From: Ignavibacteriota bacterium
GTDB lineage: Bacteria > Bacteroidota > Ignavibacteria > Kapaibacteriales > UBA2268
NCBI GenBank assembly: GCA_016219595.1
Contig: JACRLY010000062.1
Location: 71,639-135,638 of the forward strand
Length of the DNA: 64,000 nucleotides
Direction of reading: 5' to 3'
Positions 48,635 to 58,763 of the stretch are shown piece after piece; position 1 is the first letter of the stretch; each line of letters opens with the position of its first letter. The notes under the pieces were generated by a model that was given only the letters and a program-made list of their open reading frames with translations, had not been told where the DNA came from and made no database searches. Position numbers and translations under genes: made by a program.

Positions 48635-50389
48635 TTAAAACATTAACAATTTATTATAAAAAATCACTTTTCCTGTTTCCGGATCTCTCGGTGCAATCTG
48701 CCCGTTCATCGGATTTCTCATTTCTATATACCCGCAGGGACATGATTCAGCACATTTATTACATCCTTTACATACATCCAATTTAAAAGTATATGGCTGA
48801 AACTTAGTTACCGGCTTGTGGATTGCCTGGTCCTGGCATAAACTCCAGCAGGTACCGCAATCGAAACAATGACCGCAGCTCATGCATCTCTTCGCTTCAT
48901 CAATTACCTGCTCCTCCGTGTAAGTTAAGCTTATCTCCTTTTCAAGTTCTTTCAGTCTTTCTTCAATTCCCAGTTTCAGGTTTTCATTTCTGAATTTCTC
49001 GGCATAATATGTCAGTACCATTTTGTCTTTAGTTACGACTTGCATTTCTTCTTCAACCGGTGCTTCAATGCCTCTGAACTGGCTATGTATTGTTTCTGCC
49101 GCTTTCCTTCCCTGGTATATTGCTATTGTTACTAATCCCAGGTCGAGATTATCTCCGCCTGCATAAACATTTTCTTCTTTCGTTTTGAATTTCTCATCAA
49201 CCTTAATCCAGTCCTTGCCTTCATGCAGTTTGTCCAAACCTTTGAACTCGGGTTCCTGGCTGATTGCTGAAATAATTGTTGTGCATTCGAATGTTGTTTC
49301 AGAATCTGGGATTGGAACAGGTCTGCGTCTTCCGGATGAATCCGGCTCACCGAGTTCCATCTTTTGGCACTTCATTGCAACTACCTTGTCGCCATCTTTT
49401 ATTAATTCAAGCGGAGCTTCGAGAAATTCAAATTTCACATCTTCTTCCTCTGCACCGACAATTTCTTCTTCGATTGCAGGCATTTCTGCCCTGGTTCTGC
49501 GGTAAACAATCCATACTTCCGCTCCCAGGCGGCGCGATACTCTCGCCGCATCTATTGCTGTGTCTCCGCCACCGACTACCAGCACTTTATTGCCGACATC
49601 AACATTTTGTCCTGAATTGATTTTATTCAAAAATTCAGTTCCGGTGAAAACATTCGGTGCTTCCTCGTTAGGTAAGCCGAGCAATTTGCCTTTGTGGGCG
49701 CCTATTCCTACGAATATTGCATTATAATCACTTTGCAATTGTTCATATGATATGTCTTTACCAATGATTGTATTCGTTTTTATTTCGACACCAAGTTTCT
49801 CTATTCTTCCTATTTCTTTATCGAGAACTGCGGCAGGCAATCTGTAATCGGGAATACCATACCTCAGCATACCCCCTGCTTTGCTGAATGCTTCGAACAC
49901 TGTCGGTTTGTATCCCCTTCTTGCAAGCTGGTAAGCACAGGACAGCCCTGCAGGTCCCGCACCGATTATAGCAATCTTCTCATTGTACTTTTCTTCTGTC
50001 AGCATCTCAAACGGAAGGTCATGCTCCAGCGCATAATCACCGATGAATCTTTCGACATTATTTATACCGGCAGGTCCTTCCTTGTATTGCCTGTTGCACT
50101 CACCTTCGCATGGATGAGGACAAACCCTTCCGCAGACTGCCGGAAAGGGATTCCTGTCTGCTATGATTCTGAATGACTTTCGGAATGATTCATCGTAAGT
50201 TCTGCCTGCGTCTTCAGTCTGTGCTATTGTTGTGAGTATTTCCCTGATTTTCGTTCCATTGGGGCACCCATGCATGCAGGGAGCAAGTTTTTCCAGGTAT
50301 TCCGGTCTCAGGGGTGAAGTCTCTACCGATGAACCGCCTGAATGGCTCCTGCCTCCTAATGGTTTCTTCTGTTTAACTAATAAAGCCAC
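48635..50389 (-). CDS. GltD-like NAD(P)H-dependent oxidoreductase with a C-terminal 2x[4Fe-4S] ferredoxin domain (DsrL/NfnB/SudA-like)
   Basis: 584 aa. It has N-terminal Fe-S cysteines (CMHGCPNG…CGRVCPHPCEGEC), FAD/NAD Rossmann motifs (IAIIGAGPAGLSCA; VLVVGGGDTAIDAA), and C-terminal CMSCGHCFDCGTC…CKGCNKCAESCPCG. Confidence 0.7.
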   Translation of the reverse strand: MALLVKQKKPLGGRSHSGGSSVETSPLRPEYLEKLAPCMHGCPNGTKIREILTTIAQTEDAGRTYDESFRKSFRIIADRNPFPAVCGRVCPHPCEGECNRQYKEGPAGINNVERFIGDYALEHDLPFEMLTEEKYNEKIAIIGAGPAGLSCAYQLARRGYKPTVFEAFSKAGGMLRYGIPDYRLPAAVLDKEIGRIEKLGVEIKTNTIIGKDISYEQLQSDYNAIFVGIGAHKGKLLGLPNEEAPNVFTGTEFLNKINSGQNVDVGNKVLVVGGGDTAIDAARVSRRLGAEVWIVYRRTRAEMPAIEEEIVGAEEEDVKFEFLEAPLELIKDGDKVVAMKCQKMELGEPDSSGRRRPVPIPDSETTFECTTIISAISQEPEFKGLDKLHEGKDWIKVDEKFKTKEENVYAGGDNLDLGLVTIAIYQGRKAAETIHSQFRGIEAPVEEEMQVVTKDKMVLTYYAEKFRNENLKLGIEERLKELEKEISLTYTEEQVIDEAKRCMSCGHCFDCGTCWSLCQDQAIHKPVTKFQPYTFKLDVCKGCNKCAESCPCGYIEMRNPMNGQIAPRDPETGKVIFYNKLLMF

Positions 50390-50430
50390 TTGTTTTTCCG
50401 ATTTATATATTACACATTAATATTATTCAA

Positions 50431-50868
50431 TCATATACCGCCATAAGGGTACATTCCTTTTTTGATTTTTTCTATTTCCGACAAAAGCATATCGTGTTTC
50501 TTCTCGTCTGTCAACAGGTAATCAAGCAGGTAACGGGCAAGATTGGAAGTGGTCTCATCCATAGCTTCTTTTGCCTTTTCGATTGTCTGCTTTTCTAATT
50601 CATCGTGATGCTCGAGCATATTCCACATAGTAAGAAGTTCGTCGGGAGCTATTGTAACCGGCTGTTTCTCGTAATGGTCTATGATTAACTGCTGGACACG
50701 TTTGTGCATAGCCGAATCCTGCCGGATTATTTCCATAACAAGGTGAATCAGCGGATTCTTAGTCTGCTTGATAATCTCGGTAGAGTTTCTCACCGACTCA
50801 TCCTCGATTGCCTGCCAGTTCTTCAGTATTTTCACAAGCTTCGCTATTTGCTGCTTCTGTGTTGCCAT
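50431..50868 (-). CDS. Hypothetical protein, possibly ferritin-like (two E-x-x-H-like motifs)
   Basis: 145 aa with MLEHHDELEKQ and DEKKHDMLLSEIE. It is the first gene of the dsr-like operon. Confidence 0.3.
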   Translation of the reverse strand: MATQKQQIAKLVKILKNWQAIEDESVRNSTEIIKQTKNPLIHLVMEIIRQDSAMHKRVQQLIIDHYEKQPVTIAPDELLTMWNMLEHHDELEKQTIEKAKEAMDETTSNLARYLLDYLLTDEKKHDMLLSEIEKIKKGMYPYGGI

Positions 50869-51216
50869 AAATCTTTGCCAATTACTTCAATTCAACTATG
50901 TAAGTTCGTAATTTTTTAAATAAATCGCCAACAAAAAATAAAGAACGAAAAATGTTCCTCCAATCCATTCATTACATAACTAATTGTAAATTACGCTTTT
51001 GATGAGATTGATACCACTGAAATCATTTGTTTGTAATTGCACTGTTGCAGTGTTATTATTATTAACAAAATAATTCTTTTCAGTACCATTAATTTCTTTT
51101 ACATTGAATTAAATAAGATAAAAACTGTAATATTTCTTTGAACGAAACAAAAAATTTGATAAATTTGGCATGTTGTTCGTTAAAATTGTTTATCATTCAT
51201 TCCCCGGGTTGTCATT

Positions 51217-53424
51217 ATGAAAAACTTGTTTGTTAATGCTGTTTTTGCAATGTTGTTTTTGTCCTACGGTTTATTTTCGCAAACCGGAATCACTCAAAAA
51301 ACTGAAAATCATGATTTAATCCCTGTCGGATATGCTGAACCATACTTTCCGCCTGTTCTGAATCATGGCATTGGTTCAGAAAAAGGTAAATATAATGGAG
51401 TACTTGCCGAAACCGAATGGATTTTGCTCGATTCCATTTCTGTGGAATCCATCATTCCTCCATCAGGAAACATGGGAGTTATTCTCAATACAGGCAAGAG
51501 AACCCTTGAATTGATATACCCTCACATCCTGACACCCGAAGCTCAGAATGCCGTTCTGAAATCTCCTAAGTGGCTGCGTCAGCAGTTAGAATATACTTTT
51601 TCAAAACTTGCACCGGAAAAACAGAATATTTTTGCAGGAATTATCAATCTTGCATTTGACCCATACATTGATGAAATTGCATTCACAATTGCATACACTT
51701 CACCGGAGTTTCTTGCATCCGATTTCTGCTCGCCGGAACTTTATGAAGAAAATGCACTGTTGGTCTATTCCCATGACACTGACCTTGCCTATGTAGATAT
51801 TATAGATTACGGAAATTCAACTAATGATGAAAATTATTATTCAACCGTCAAATACTGGAAGATAGACAAAGATTCGAACCGTGTCCAGGTGGAAGTGCCT
51901 AAGGAAATTTACTATATGTATATTGTCCATCCGAAAATTACAGACGAGTTCGAAGGGTATGTCAATCCCTCAATTTATGAAGACGGCGCACATTATTCCA
52001 ATCTCGATGTACCTCCCAATGGTGTATTCTGGAGGGATTACCTGTACAATGACACTGAAGGTGAATACCCCATTCTCAAAGATGAGATGAAAGCATGCAA
52101 CGTATTGTGGGACGAAAAAAATGCCGAACCCTCTGCTGTGCGAATAGTAACCAAATGGATTAATGATGTAATGGAATTCAACTCCGGTACCGAACGTCCG
52201 CATCAACCGGTCAGGATTTATGCACTTCATTTGGGCAGGTGTGGTGAGCATGAGGACATCACAGCCGCAGCGGCACGTTCCTGTTTAATACCCACCAGAG
52301 GCATTGAGGCAATATCATCGGACCACGTATGGAATGAATTCTGGGACGAACAATGGTGGCAATGGGAACCTGTCAATAATTCTCACAAGGACAATTTTTG
52401 TTACGAAAAAGGCTGGGGAAAGAAATTCGGCTCGATATTGGCTCACAGAAGCGACGGTGCCATCGAATCTGTGGCAAAAGATTATTCGGAAAAATACTGC
52501 ACAATGAATATTTATGCACGCGACAGCCATGACAGACCAATTGACGGTGCTATAATAATTGTCAGGCAAAAGGGCAATTTAGACCAAACAAGATATTTCC
52601 TTGATACGTATGTTTCTACTGACAAGGATGGTAAAGCTACTATTTTCGTGGGTGGAGGACTTAAATATTATGGGAAATTAATATCTCCGCTTGGTAATTT
52701 CCCTTCCAAAGATGATGAAATAATAATCCTGAACGAAAATCCTGTTACAGGGCAGGAATATTCTTATGTATTACGTCCTTCGAGTTTCCGTCCGGTAAAA
52801 TATCCCTCTTCGATTCAATATCCCGAAGTGCCTGACGATGAGTATTTGCTTAGGATAAATTTTTCCAATCCGGTACAAAATATAAAGTGGCGGACTCTCT
52901 TCAATGATTTCAGCGATGGTTATACAAGTTATGAAAAACCAGGTGCCGATGTCAACTTTTATATTGCAGATGAAAATAATTTCAATGAATTTAAAAATAA
53001 TAGAGACCATACGGTTATAGAAGCAAAATATAATGCTTCGAATCTTAACTCTGAATATAAATTTCGCCGCTGGTGGCAATACTACGCATGGCTCAGTAAT
53101 AACAAAAGCTTCAATAACGGAGTTCAGGTACAGGCTTCATTTTCATTATATGTAAATAAAATAGTCGGTGTTGATGAGAACTCAATCAAGGATACAAGAC
53201 AAATAATTTGCTATCCTAATCCGATGAGTAATTCAACAACATTCAAATTCATTGTTCCTGAATATTCGAATATCAAATTGAAAATTTCTGATATACATGG
53301 CAGAATTGTTAAAAGATTAATGAACGAATCATTAGAACCGGGAACTCATTCAATTGAATGGGATGGAAAAGATGAACTGGGAAATGAATTGATTAACGGA
53401 ATGTATTTTATCAACTCGATGTGA
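51217..53424 (+). CDS. Transglutaminase-like cysteine-protease-fold protein with a T9SS C-terminal sorting domain
   Basis: 735 aa with a signal peptide. ALHLGRCGEHEDITAAAARSCLIPTRGIEAISSDHVWNEFWDEQWWQWEPVN is a transglutaminase-core Cys…His…Asp arrangement. The C-terminus is T9SS-like (…IKLKISDIHGRIVKRL…GMYFINSM). Confidence 0.65.
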   Translation: MKNLFVNAVFAMLFLSYGLFSQTGITQKTENHDLIPVGYAEPYFPPVLNHGIGSEKGKYNGVLAETEWILLDSISVESIIPPSGNMGVILNTGKRTLELIYPHILTPEAQNAVLKSPKWLRQQLEYTFSKLAPEKQNIFAGIINLAFDPYIDEIAFTIAYTSPEFLASDFCSPELYEENALLVYSHDTDLAYVDIIDYGNSTNDENYYSTVKYWKIDKDSNRVQVEVPKEIYYMYIVHPKITDEFEGYVNPSIYEDGAHYSNLDVPPNGVFWRDYLYNDTEGEYPILKDEMKACNVLWDEKNAEPSAVRIVTKWINDVMEFNSGTERPHQPVRIYALHLGRCGEHEDITAAAARSCLIPTRGIEAISSDHVWNEFWDEQWWQWEPVNNSHKDNFCYEKGWGKKFGSILAHRSDGAIESVAKDYSEKYCTMNIYARDSHDRPIDGAIIIVRQKGNLDQTRYFLDTYVSTDKDGKATIFVGGGLKYYGKLISPLGNFPSKDDEIIILNENPVTGQEYSYVLRPSSFRPVKYPSSIQYPEVPDDEYLLRINFSNPVQNIKWRTLFNDFSDGYTSYEKPGADVNFYIADENNFNEFKNNRDHTVIEAKYNASNLNSEYKFRRWWQYYAWLSNNKSFNNGVQVQASFSLYVNKIVGVDENSIKDTRQIICYPNPMSNSTTFKFIVPEYSNIKLKISDIHGRIVKRLMNESLEPGTHSIEWDGKDELGNELINGMYFINSM

Positions 53425-53742
53425 ATGGCAGGAAAGAAGTTGGGAAGGTAATGGTAGTGAGGTGACAATTAATTAAAATAAACTTATATCTAATTTTGAG
53501 ATGCATTGCAATGCGTCTCTGAAATTAACGAAAACAATACTCAAATTTAAATTTCTTAACATTTAAATACTCTGTAAATTTATATCCTATCAATAAATAA
53601 CATTATTGTACAAATATATAATAATATTTTCCACACTCAAACGACAAACGATTTTAGGGTTAGTTAAACAATAATCATATAATAATTAATATATTATTTA
53701 GTGGTTATTAAATATTGACAATAAACTATTTCATCACTTATC

Positions 53743-56700
53743 ATGGAGGGTGCTATGTATAAAAAAATACTGATTCTTATCCTTTTTGTCTTATCATCAT
53801 TTTCTGTCTTTTCACAGGATAGTGCCTGGGCAGACATGAAACTTCCGGCAAATTTAAGTTCGGATATCACATCTTTCTCTAAATCCGGTGACGATTGCTA
53901 TCTCGGCACAAACGGGCAGGGAATTTTTTTTAGCAATGACGGAGGCAATACATGGATTAATAATTCACTTGCATCAATGAACTCGGATTTATTGACCGGT
54001 ATTCTGATTGGTTTAAACCAACCAACTTATGTAATCGGAAAAAATTCTATCTATTTAACAAATGACAAAGGCTCAAGCTGGGATGAATTATCAACATTCC
54101 CGAAGGAAGACGGTTCCATACAGTGTGCGGCTATCAGTCCGACAGGCAAGCTTGCAATCGGCACACCTCTATCATTGTGGTACTATTCGGAAAACGTTGA
54201 TGGATGGTTCTGGAGTAAACTGAATATACAGTACGGACCCATGGACATCAGAGCATTAGGATTCAACTTAAACGAGCAGGTATTTTTATCTTGCATACAC
54301 AATCAGCTTCCTAAAATTTATTGGATTGATCCTAACGGGCAAATGGCATTCCTTGAAATAATAAATAACATCAGGGAATCTCCGCTTGCGAGCTTTTTTG
54401 ATAGGGATGCAAACGGGGTAATGTTTACAGGTGTTGGGAAATCAATTTATCAATTAGATTATGCAAAAAATGTTTGGAATCTATTTACGGAAAGTCCGCA
54501 AAAAAATGTCAGGAGAATTAAATTTTCGATTACAGGAAATCTTTTATCATTTGATGACATGAATCTGAGGATTTTCAATCCAAAGGACAATGAATGGCTT
54601 CCTGACAATCCTTTGTTAAATTTCGATGACCTGATAATTGATGCATCAATAGATAATAATGATGCAATCTGGCGTATTCACAAAAGAAAAATCATTTACA
54701 GCGATGTGCCTGTTGATAAAATCATCAGTTTCATTTTCAGTAAATACATTATCGTCAAAGATGCACAGGGGTCGCCAATGAGACATAAAACTTTTGTGCT
54801 TTACAAAGCAACTTGCGATAATAATCAGTCCGGATTGGGGACAATAACTACAAATAATAATGGTGGATTTTATCTTAGTTACAGTTATTACAGTCTACAT
54901 ACGGGTGACCAAATCAAGCTCGAGAAGCTAGTTTACACTGAATATGCAGTGAAAACCGGACGTTCTGCAATGGGAAATAAAATGTATGATGTTTATCTTA
55001 ATAATATGAAATATGACGGTGTCGGCAATCCTCATTACTATGCTTTGACCGATGACAATTCACAGACAATTTTTATGGACCATACATGCATACACCGTTT
55101 TCTTATTTTCTCTGTCGAATGGGAAGCAAAGCGTGCATATATGGATACCATAGCATCGTGGAGTAAACTCATGTCAAACTTTTTATGGGATGTGACAGAC
55201 GGACAGCTATTTGTAGAAAGAGTTGACATCTACGATAATTACCAGAAATGGATGCAGGCTGATATGAGGTTTTATGCTAACAACCAGGTTTGGCCCAATG
55301 CTGCAATCAATGGTGTTTACAGTGTTGACAGCAGGGGTGACCAGGTCAGAATGCCGCGGAGATGGATGGGTAATGGTGATGCCACAAGGAACTGGACAGT
55401 CAGAAACGACTGGTTCACTTATGATGACCGGGGTTTACAATTGTTTATGAGTTCAACTATGGCTCACGAGCTTGGGCATTACATGTTCAGCTTCTATGAT
55501 GAATATGTGTGGGTGGACACTAATAAGCAAAAGCTGATGCCTGCAGATTATAATCTCGGATTCATGCAGTACCAGTATCAGAATGCTCCTGACTGGTCAT
55601 CGGAAATGTCAGACCCGGACAGGTATTCCAATCCAAATTACCGTTACACTGCACAATGGGCTTATAACGGAAGCGATTGCTGGACTCAATTCAGGACCAA
55701 ATACCAGGGATATTATGCCGACCTGGACGGAGGAGATGACATTTGGGTTCCAATCGTATTTCCGAAAGACAGGACTTTGTCCGGAGGTTTGGGATTTTTG
55801 AGAGGTCCCGCAGATTATTTGTTTAGCCAAACTCAATGCAGTGTTTATCCAAATACTGAAGCAAATGTATATGACCAGTTTTTCAGTGCCGGCGATTTCA
55901 AGTTCACGGTTGTAGATGAACATGGTAATCCAATGGCTAAGGCAGATATTTATGATTACGTGCCATTTTTCACTTCATTTTTATTGAAGACGAACCAGGG
56001 GCAATCGGCTGATGACGGGAAAATGACAGTAGTAGGAGCAAATGTTAATGATATGATTTGGATATCTGCTAGAAGGGAATTAAACTTAGGCTGGCCCATC
56101 GGTACTATCCCATGGTTTTATTTCTATGCAGTTAACGTAAGTGCTGTGACAGGAGTAAAGGACAATGATGACCAGACACAGGAAGAGCTTGTTATTAAGC
56201 TGTTCCCTGTCAAGGGAGAGCACCGAATAGTAAACTCAATGAAGTATGATTTTTCGGGTAAAATTAGTCTCGATTTTTTTACCAACAAAATATTTAATTC
56301 AACACCGACAGCGGATATCTTTTTACTCGATAGTTCCGTAAAAAAATATAACTTCACATACAATGGCAATAAATCGGTTTACAATCTCGAAGTTAGTGAA
56401 GCTATACCCGACCAGGGAACCATAATTTTCAATACAACAGATTCTGTGAATGCTCCATTTTCAATTTTATTCAATTACCAGATTTCAGACATGGGGAAAA
56501 ATATATTCGCACCAGGAGGTTCTGCCGAATTAACACTTGACACAAAAAATACTGAGATAGAAAGAGTCTCAGTACTCTCAAGCAATTTCTTCCCGCTGAA
56601 AAACGGTGTTTCGTCGGTTGCAAAACAAGCAGGTGAAGTTGTATCGTTCTCATCGGCTCCATCTGAATTATCGCCGGGAACTACGAATATTTTGAATATC

Positions 56701-57162
56701 AGGTATTCGAAAACCGAACTGACTACCGACGACGAATTTTCACTCAGCATTTTCAAATGGGATGAAAATAATTTGATTTGGAATAAGCTCGGAAGTACAG
56801 TTGATACGGCAACAGCGATTGTATCAGCTCAAATTAATTCCTTAGGGACTTATGCGGCGTTCACTACGAATACTCCTGTGGGTGTTAACGACGATGAATA
56901 TGATTCATTTTCACTTGGTGCATATCCTAATCCATTTTCAAACTCTTCAAAGGTTGATTTCTTTTTGACACAACCCGGATTTGTAAGTTTGAAATTGTTT
57001 AATGCTCTCGGCAAAGAAGTCATGACATTAGCAAACTCTTATCTGAATTATGGTAAGCAGGCATTTACTGTTGACGGCACTCAGTTGCCGGGTGGCGTGT
57101 ATTACCTGACTCTCAAAGCAAACAATCATACAGTAACAAAGGAGATTGTATTGATTAAATAA
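53743..57162 (+). CDS. Secreted zinc metalloprotease (HExxH…DEY, M6/InhA-like) with N-terminal BNR repeats and a T9SS C-terminal sorting domain
   Basis: 1139 aa. The likely start is MYKKILIL at 53755. It has Asp-box motifs (SNDGGNTWI, TNDKGSSWDE). STMAHELGHYMFSFYDEY resembles the M6 HExxHxxGxxDEY motif. The C-terminus is T9SS-like (…GVYYLTLKANNHTVTKEIVLIK). Confidence 0.65.
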   Translation: MEGAMYKKILILILFVLSSFSVFSQDSAWADMKLPANLSSDITSFSKSGDDCYLGTNGQGIFFSNDGGNTWINNSLASMNSDLLTGILIGLNQPTYVIGKNSIYLTNDKGSSWDELSTFPKEDGSIQCAAISPTGKLAIGTPLSLWYYSENVDGWFWSKLNIQYGPMDIRALGFNLNEQVFLSCIHNQLPKIYWIDPNGQMAFLEIINNIRESPLASFFDRDANGVMFTGVGKSIYQLDYAKNVWNLFTESPQKNVRRIKFSITGNLLSFDDMNLRIFNPKDNEWLPDNPLLNFDDLIIDASIDNNDAIWRIHKRKIIYSDVPVDKIISFIFSKYIIVKDAQGSPMRHKTFVLYKATCDNNQSGLGTITTNNNGGFYLSYSYYSLHTGDQIKLEKLVYTEYAVKTGRSAMGNKMYDVYLNNMKYDGVGNPHYYALTDDNSQTIFMDHTCIHRFLIFSVEWEAKRAYMDTIASWSKLMSNFLWDVTDGQLFVERVDIYDNYQKWMQADMRFYANNQVWPNAAINGVYSVDSRGDQVRMPRRWMGNGDATRNWTVRNDWFTYDDRGLQLFMSSTMAHELGHYMFSFYDEYVWVDTNKQKLMPADYNLGFMQYQYQNAPDWSSEMSDPDRYSNPNYRYTAQWAYNGSDCWTQFRTKYQGYYADLDGGDDIWVPIVFPKDRTLSGGLGFLRGPADYLFSQTQCSVYPNTEANVYDQFFSAGDFKFTVVDEHGNPMAKADIYDYVPFFTSFLLKTNQGQSADDGKMTVVGANVNDMIWISARRELNLGWPIGTIPWFYFYAVNVSAVTGVKDNDDQTQEELVIKLFPVKGEHRIVNSMKYDFSGKISLDFFTNKIFNSTPTADIFLLDSSVKKYNFTYNGNKSVYNLEVSEAIPDQGTIIFNTTDSVNAPFSILFNYQISDMGKNIFAPGGSAELTLDTKNTEIERVSVLSSNFFPLKNGVSSVAKQAGEVVSFSSAPSELSPGTTNILNIRYSKTELTTDDEFSLSIFKWDENNLIWNKLGSTVDTATAIVSAQINSLGTYAAFTTNTPVGVNDDEYDSFSLGAYPNPFSNSSKVDFFLTQPGFVSLKLFNALGKEVMTLANSYLNYGKQAFTVDGTQLPGGVYYLTLKANNHTVTKEIVLIK

Positions 57163-57186
57163 TCAATTAATAGATACTTTCACATA

Positions 57187-57223
57187 CTGCGTCAGGCTTA
57201 AGTGCTTGACGCAGTTTTTTTTT
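57187..57223 (+). terminator. Rho-independent terminator
   Basis: CTGCGTCAGG-cttaagtg-CTTGACGCAG followed by TTTTTTTTT. Confidence 0.8.
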
Positions 57224-58135
57224 ATTGTCTGAACTGTGATTTAGCTGATTAATCGGATTTCACAGATTTGAATTTTGGTTGTATGAAGCCAAAAAGGTGC
57301 AGATTTGTGCATCCGGAGCAGTTTTGACATCATTTTCATTTTTTGAATTTTAAATTCAACCTCACCGGAAAAGAAATTCTGAATTATGAATTCTGAATGC
57401 TGAATTGTGGTTATATTTAATTAATAATCCCTCTTGGTCTCCTTTTAATAAAGGGAGAAATTCCGTGAAACCCGGTAACGACTGGATTCAGCCCGACATT
57501 GTTTTGCAAAGAACGAGCGGGACAAAGTATAACCTCACCCTAAATCCCTCTCCGAAGGCGAGGGACTTTCCAAAACGGTATTCAAAGATATGGATCTGGG
57601 TGTGATATGTCAAGAAAACGGTTTTAAAATGGTTTTAAAATGGTTTTTAAAATATAGGCTGTAGACTGTAGGCTGTAGGGGGGAGAAGCAAATTTTAACA
57701 CAAAGAAGCACAAAGTGAAGACACGAAGGACGTAAGTTGTCTGAACCTGGATTAAACTGATTAATCGGATTTCGTTGATTTTTTTTATGAAGAAAGGCAA
57801 GTTTTAACACAAAGGACACGGAGGAAAGACACGAAGGACGCAGAGGAATTTTTAATTTTTAATTTAGAATTTTTAATGAATTTTTAATGTTTTAATTTTT
57901 AATTTATTTGGTGCACGCAGAGACGCGGAGCAGCGAAGGACGTAGAGGCACCACCCCTCGGTCCCCTCCTTAATTAAGGAGGGGAAGTTAAAGGGAGGTT
58001 TTTTTATAATACCCTCAACCCTGCCCTTCTCCCAGTGGGAGAAGGAAAAAAGGATATATGAAAATAATAATTGGGGAAAGTCTGTGCCGCGGATTAAAGA
58101 GAGAGTGGGAATGGAATGATAAATTAGAAATTTAT

Positions 58136-58762
58136 CTATAATTGAGAAACAAAACTTTCTGATAAATAATAAAAAGCTGTTTTATTTATGGGATTATTTT
58201 TTTTGGGATTAATTAAAATTTCAATACCAGTGTGTGAAACTGAAATAAGTCCAATGTTGTTTACTTTTAACAATTCTTTATCAACTCTATGGCTGTATTT
58301 TTCAGAAATAGCTAAAAAACTTTTATGCGAATAATGCTTATATCTTAATGCTTGATAAAACCCTTTTTTCCAGTCAAACAATTTAGCTTCTATGGAAAAA
58401 ATATCTTTCAAGCAAGGTAAATAACTTTTTTTTATAATAAATTTATCATCTGCTAAACCAACAATACATTCCAATTCTTTTAAAAATTGAATTAATATAT
58501 ATAACTTATCCTTTTTTAAATTGTATTTAGTTATCAATTCAGTAATATTAATTATTTGATTTTTCTTATTTAAATAATTTATTATATAAAACATCGATTC
58601 AAAATCATCAAGTGTTTTTCTTTTCTCAAATTTTTTAGTTGTAAAAACTAAATCTGCAATACCAATACCAGAAGAAAATTCTTCGAGAAAATATTTAGTA
58701 TTATAAATATCAGATAGATGCCTTCTTAATATAGGTATCATTTCCTTTTCATATCTAAACAT
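58136..58762 (-). CDS. Hypothetical protein, possible PD-(D/E)xK-like nuclease fold (GxxD … ExK … QxxxY)
   Basis: 208 aa. It contains GIGIADLVF, then later SIEAKLFDWKKGFYQALRYKHY (E-x-K followed by Q-x-x-x-Y, as in RecB/Cas4-type nucleases). The motif spacing is atypical, so the assignment is tentative. The start is 2 nt downstream of the kinase gene stop, so they are probably an operon. Confidence 0.4.
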   Translation of the reverse strand: MFRYEKEMIPILRRHLSDIYNTKYFLEEFSSGIGIADLVFTTKKFEKRKTLDDFESMFYIINYLNKKNQIINITELITKYNLKKDKLYILIQFLKELECIVGLADDKFIIKKSYLPCLKDIFSIEAKLFDWKKGFYQALRYKHYSHKSFLAISEKYSHRVDKELLKVNNIGLISVSHTGIEILINPKKNNPINKTAFYYLSESFVSQL

Positions 58763-58763
58763 A

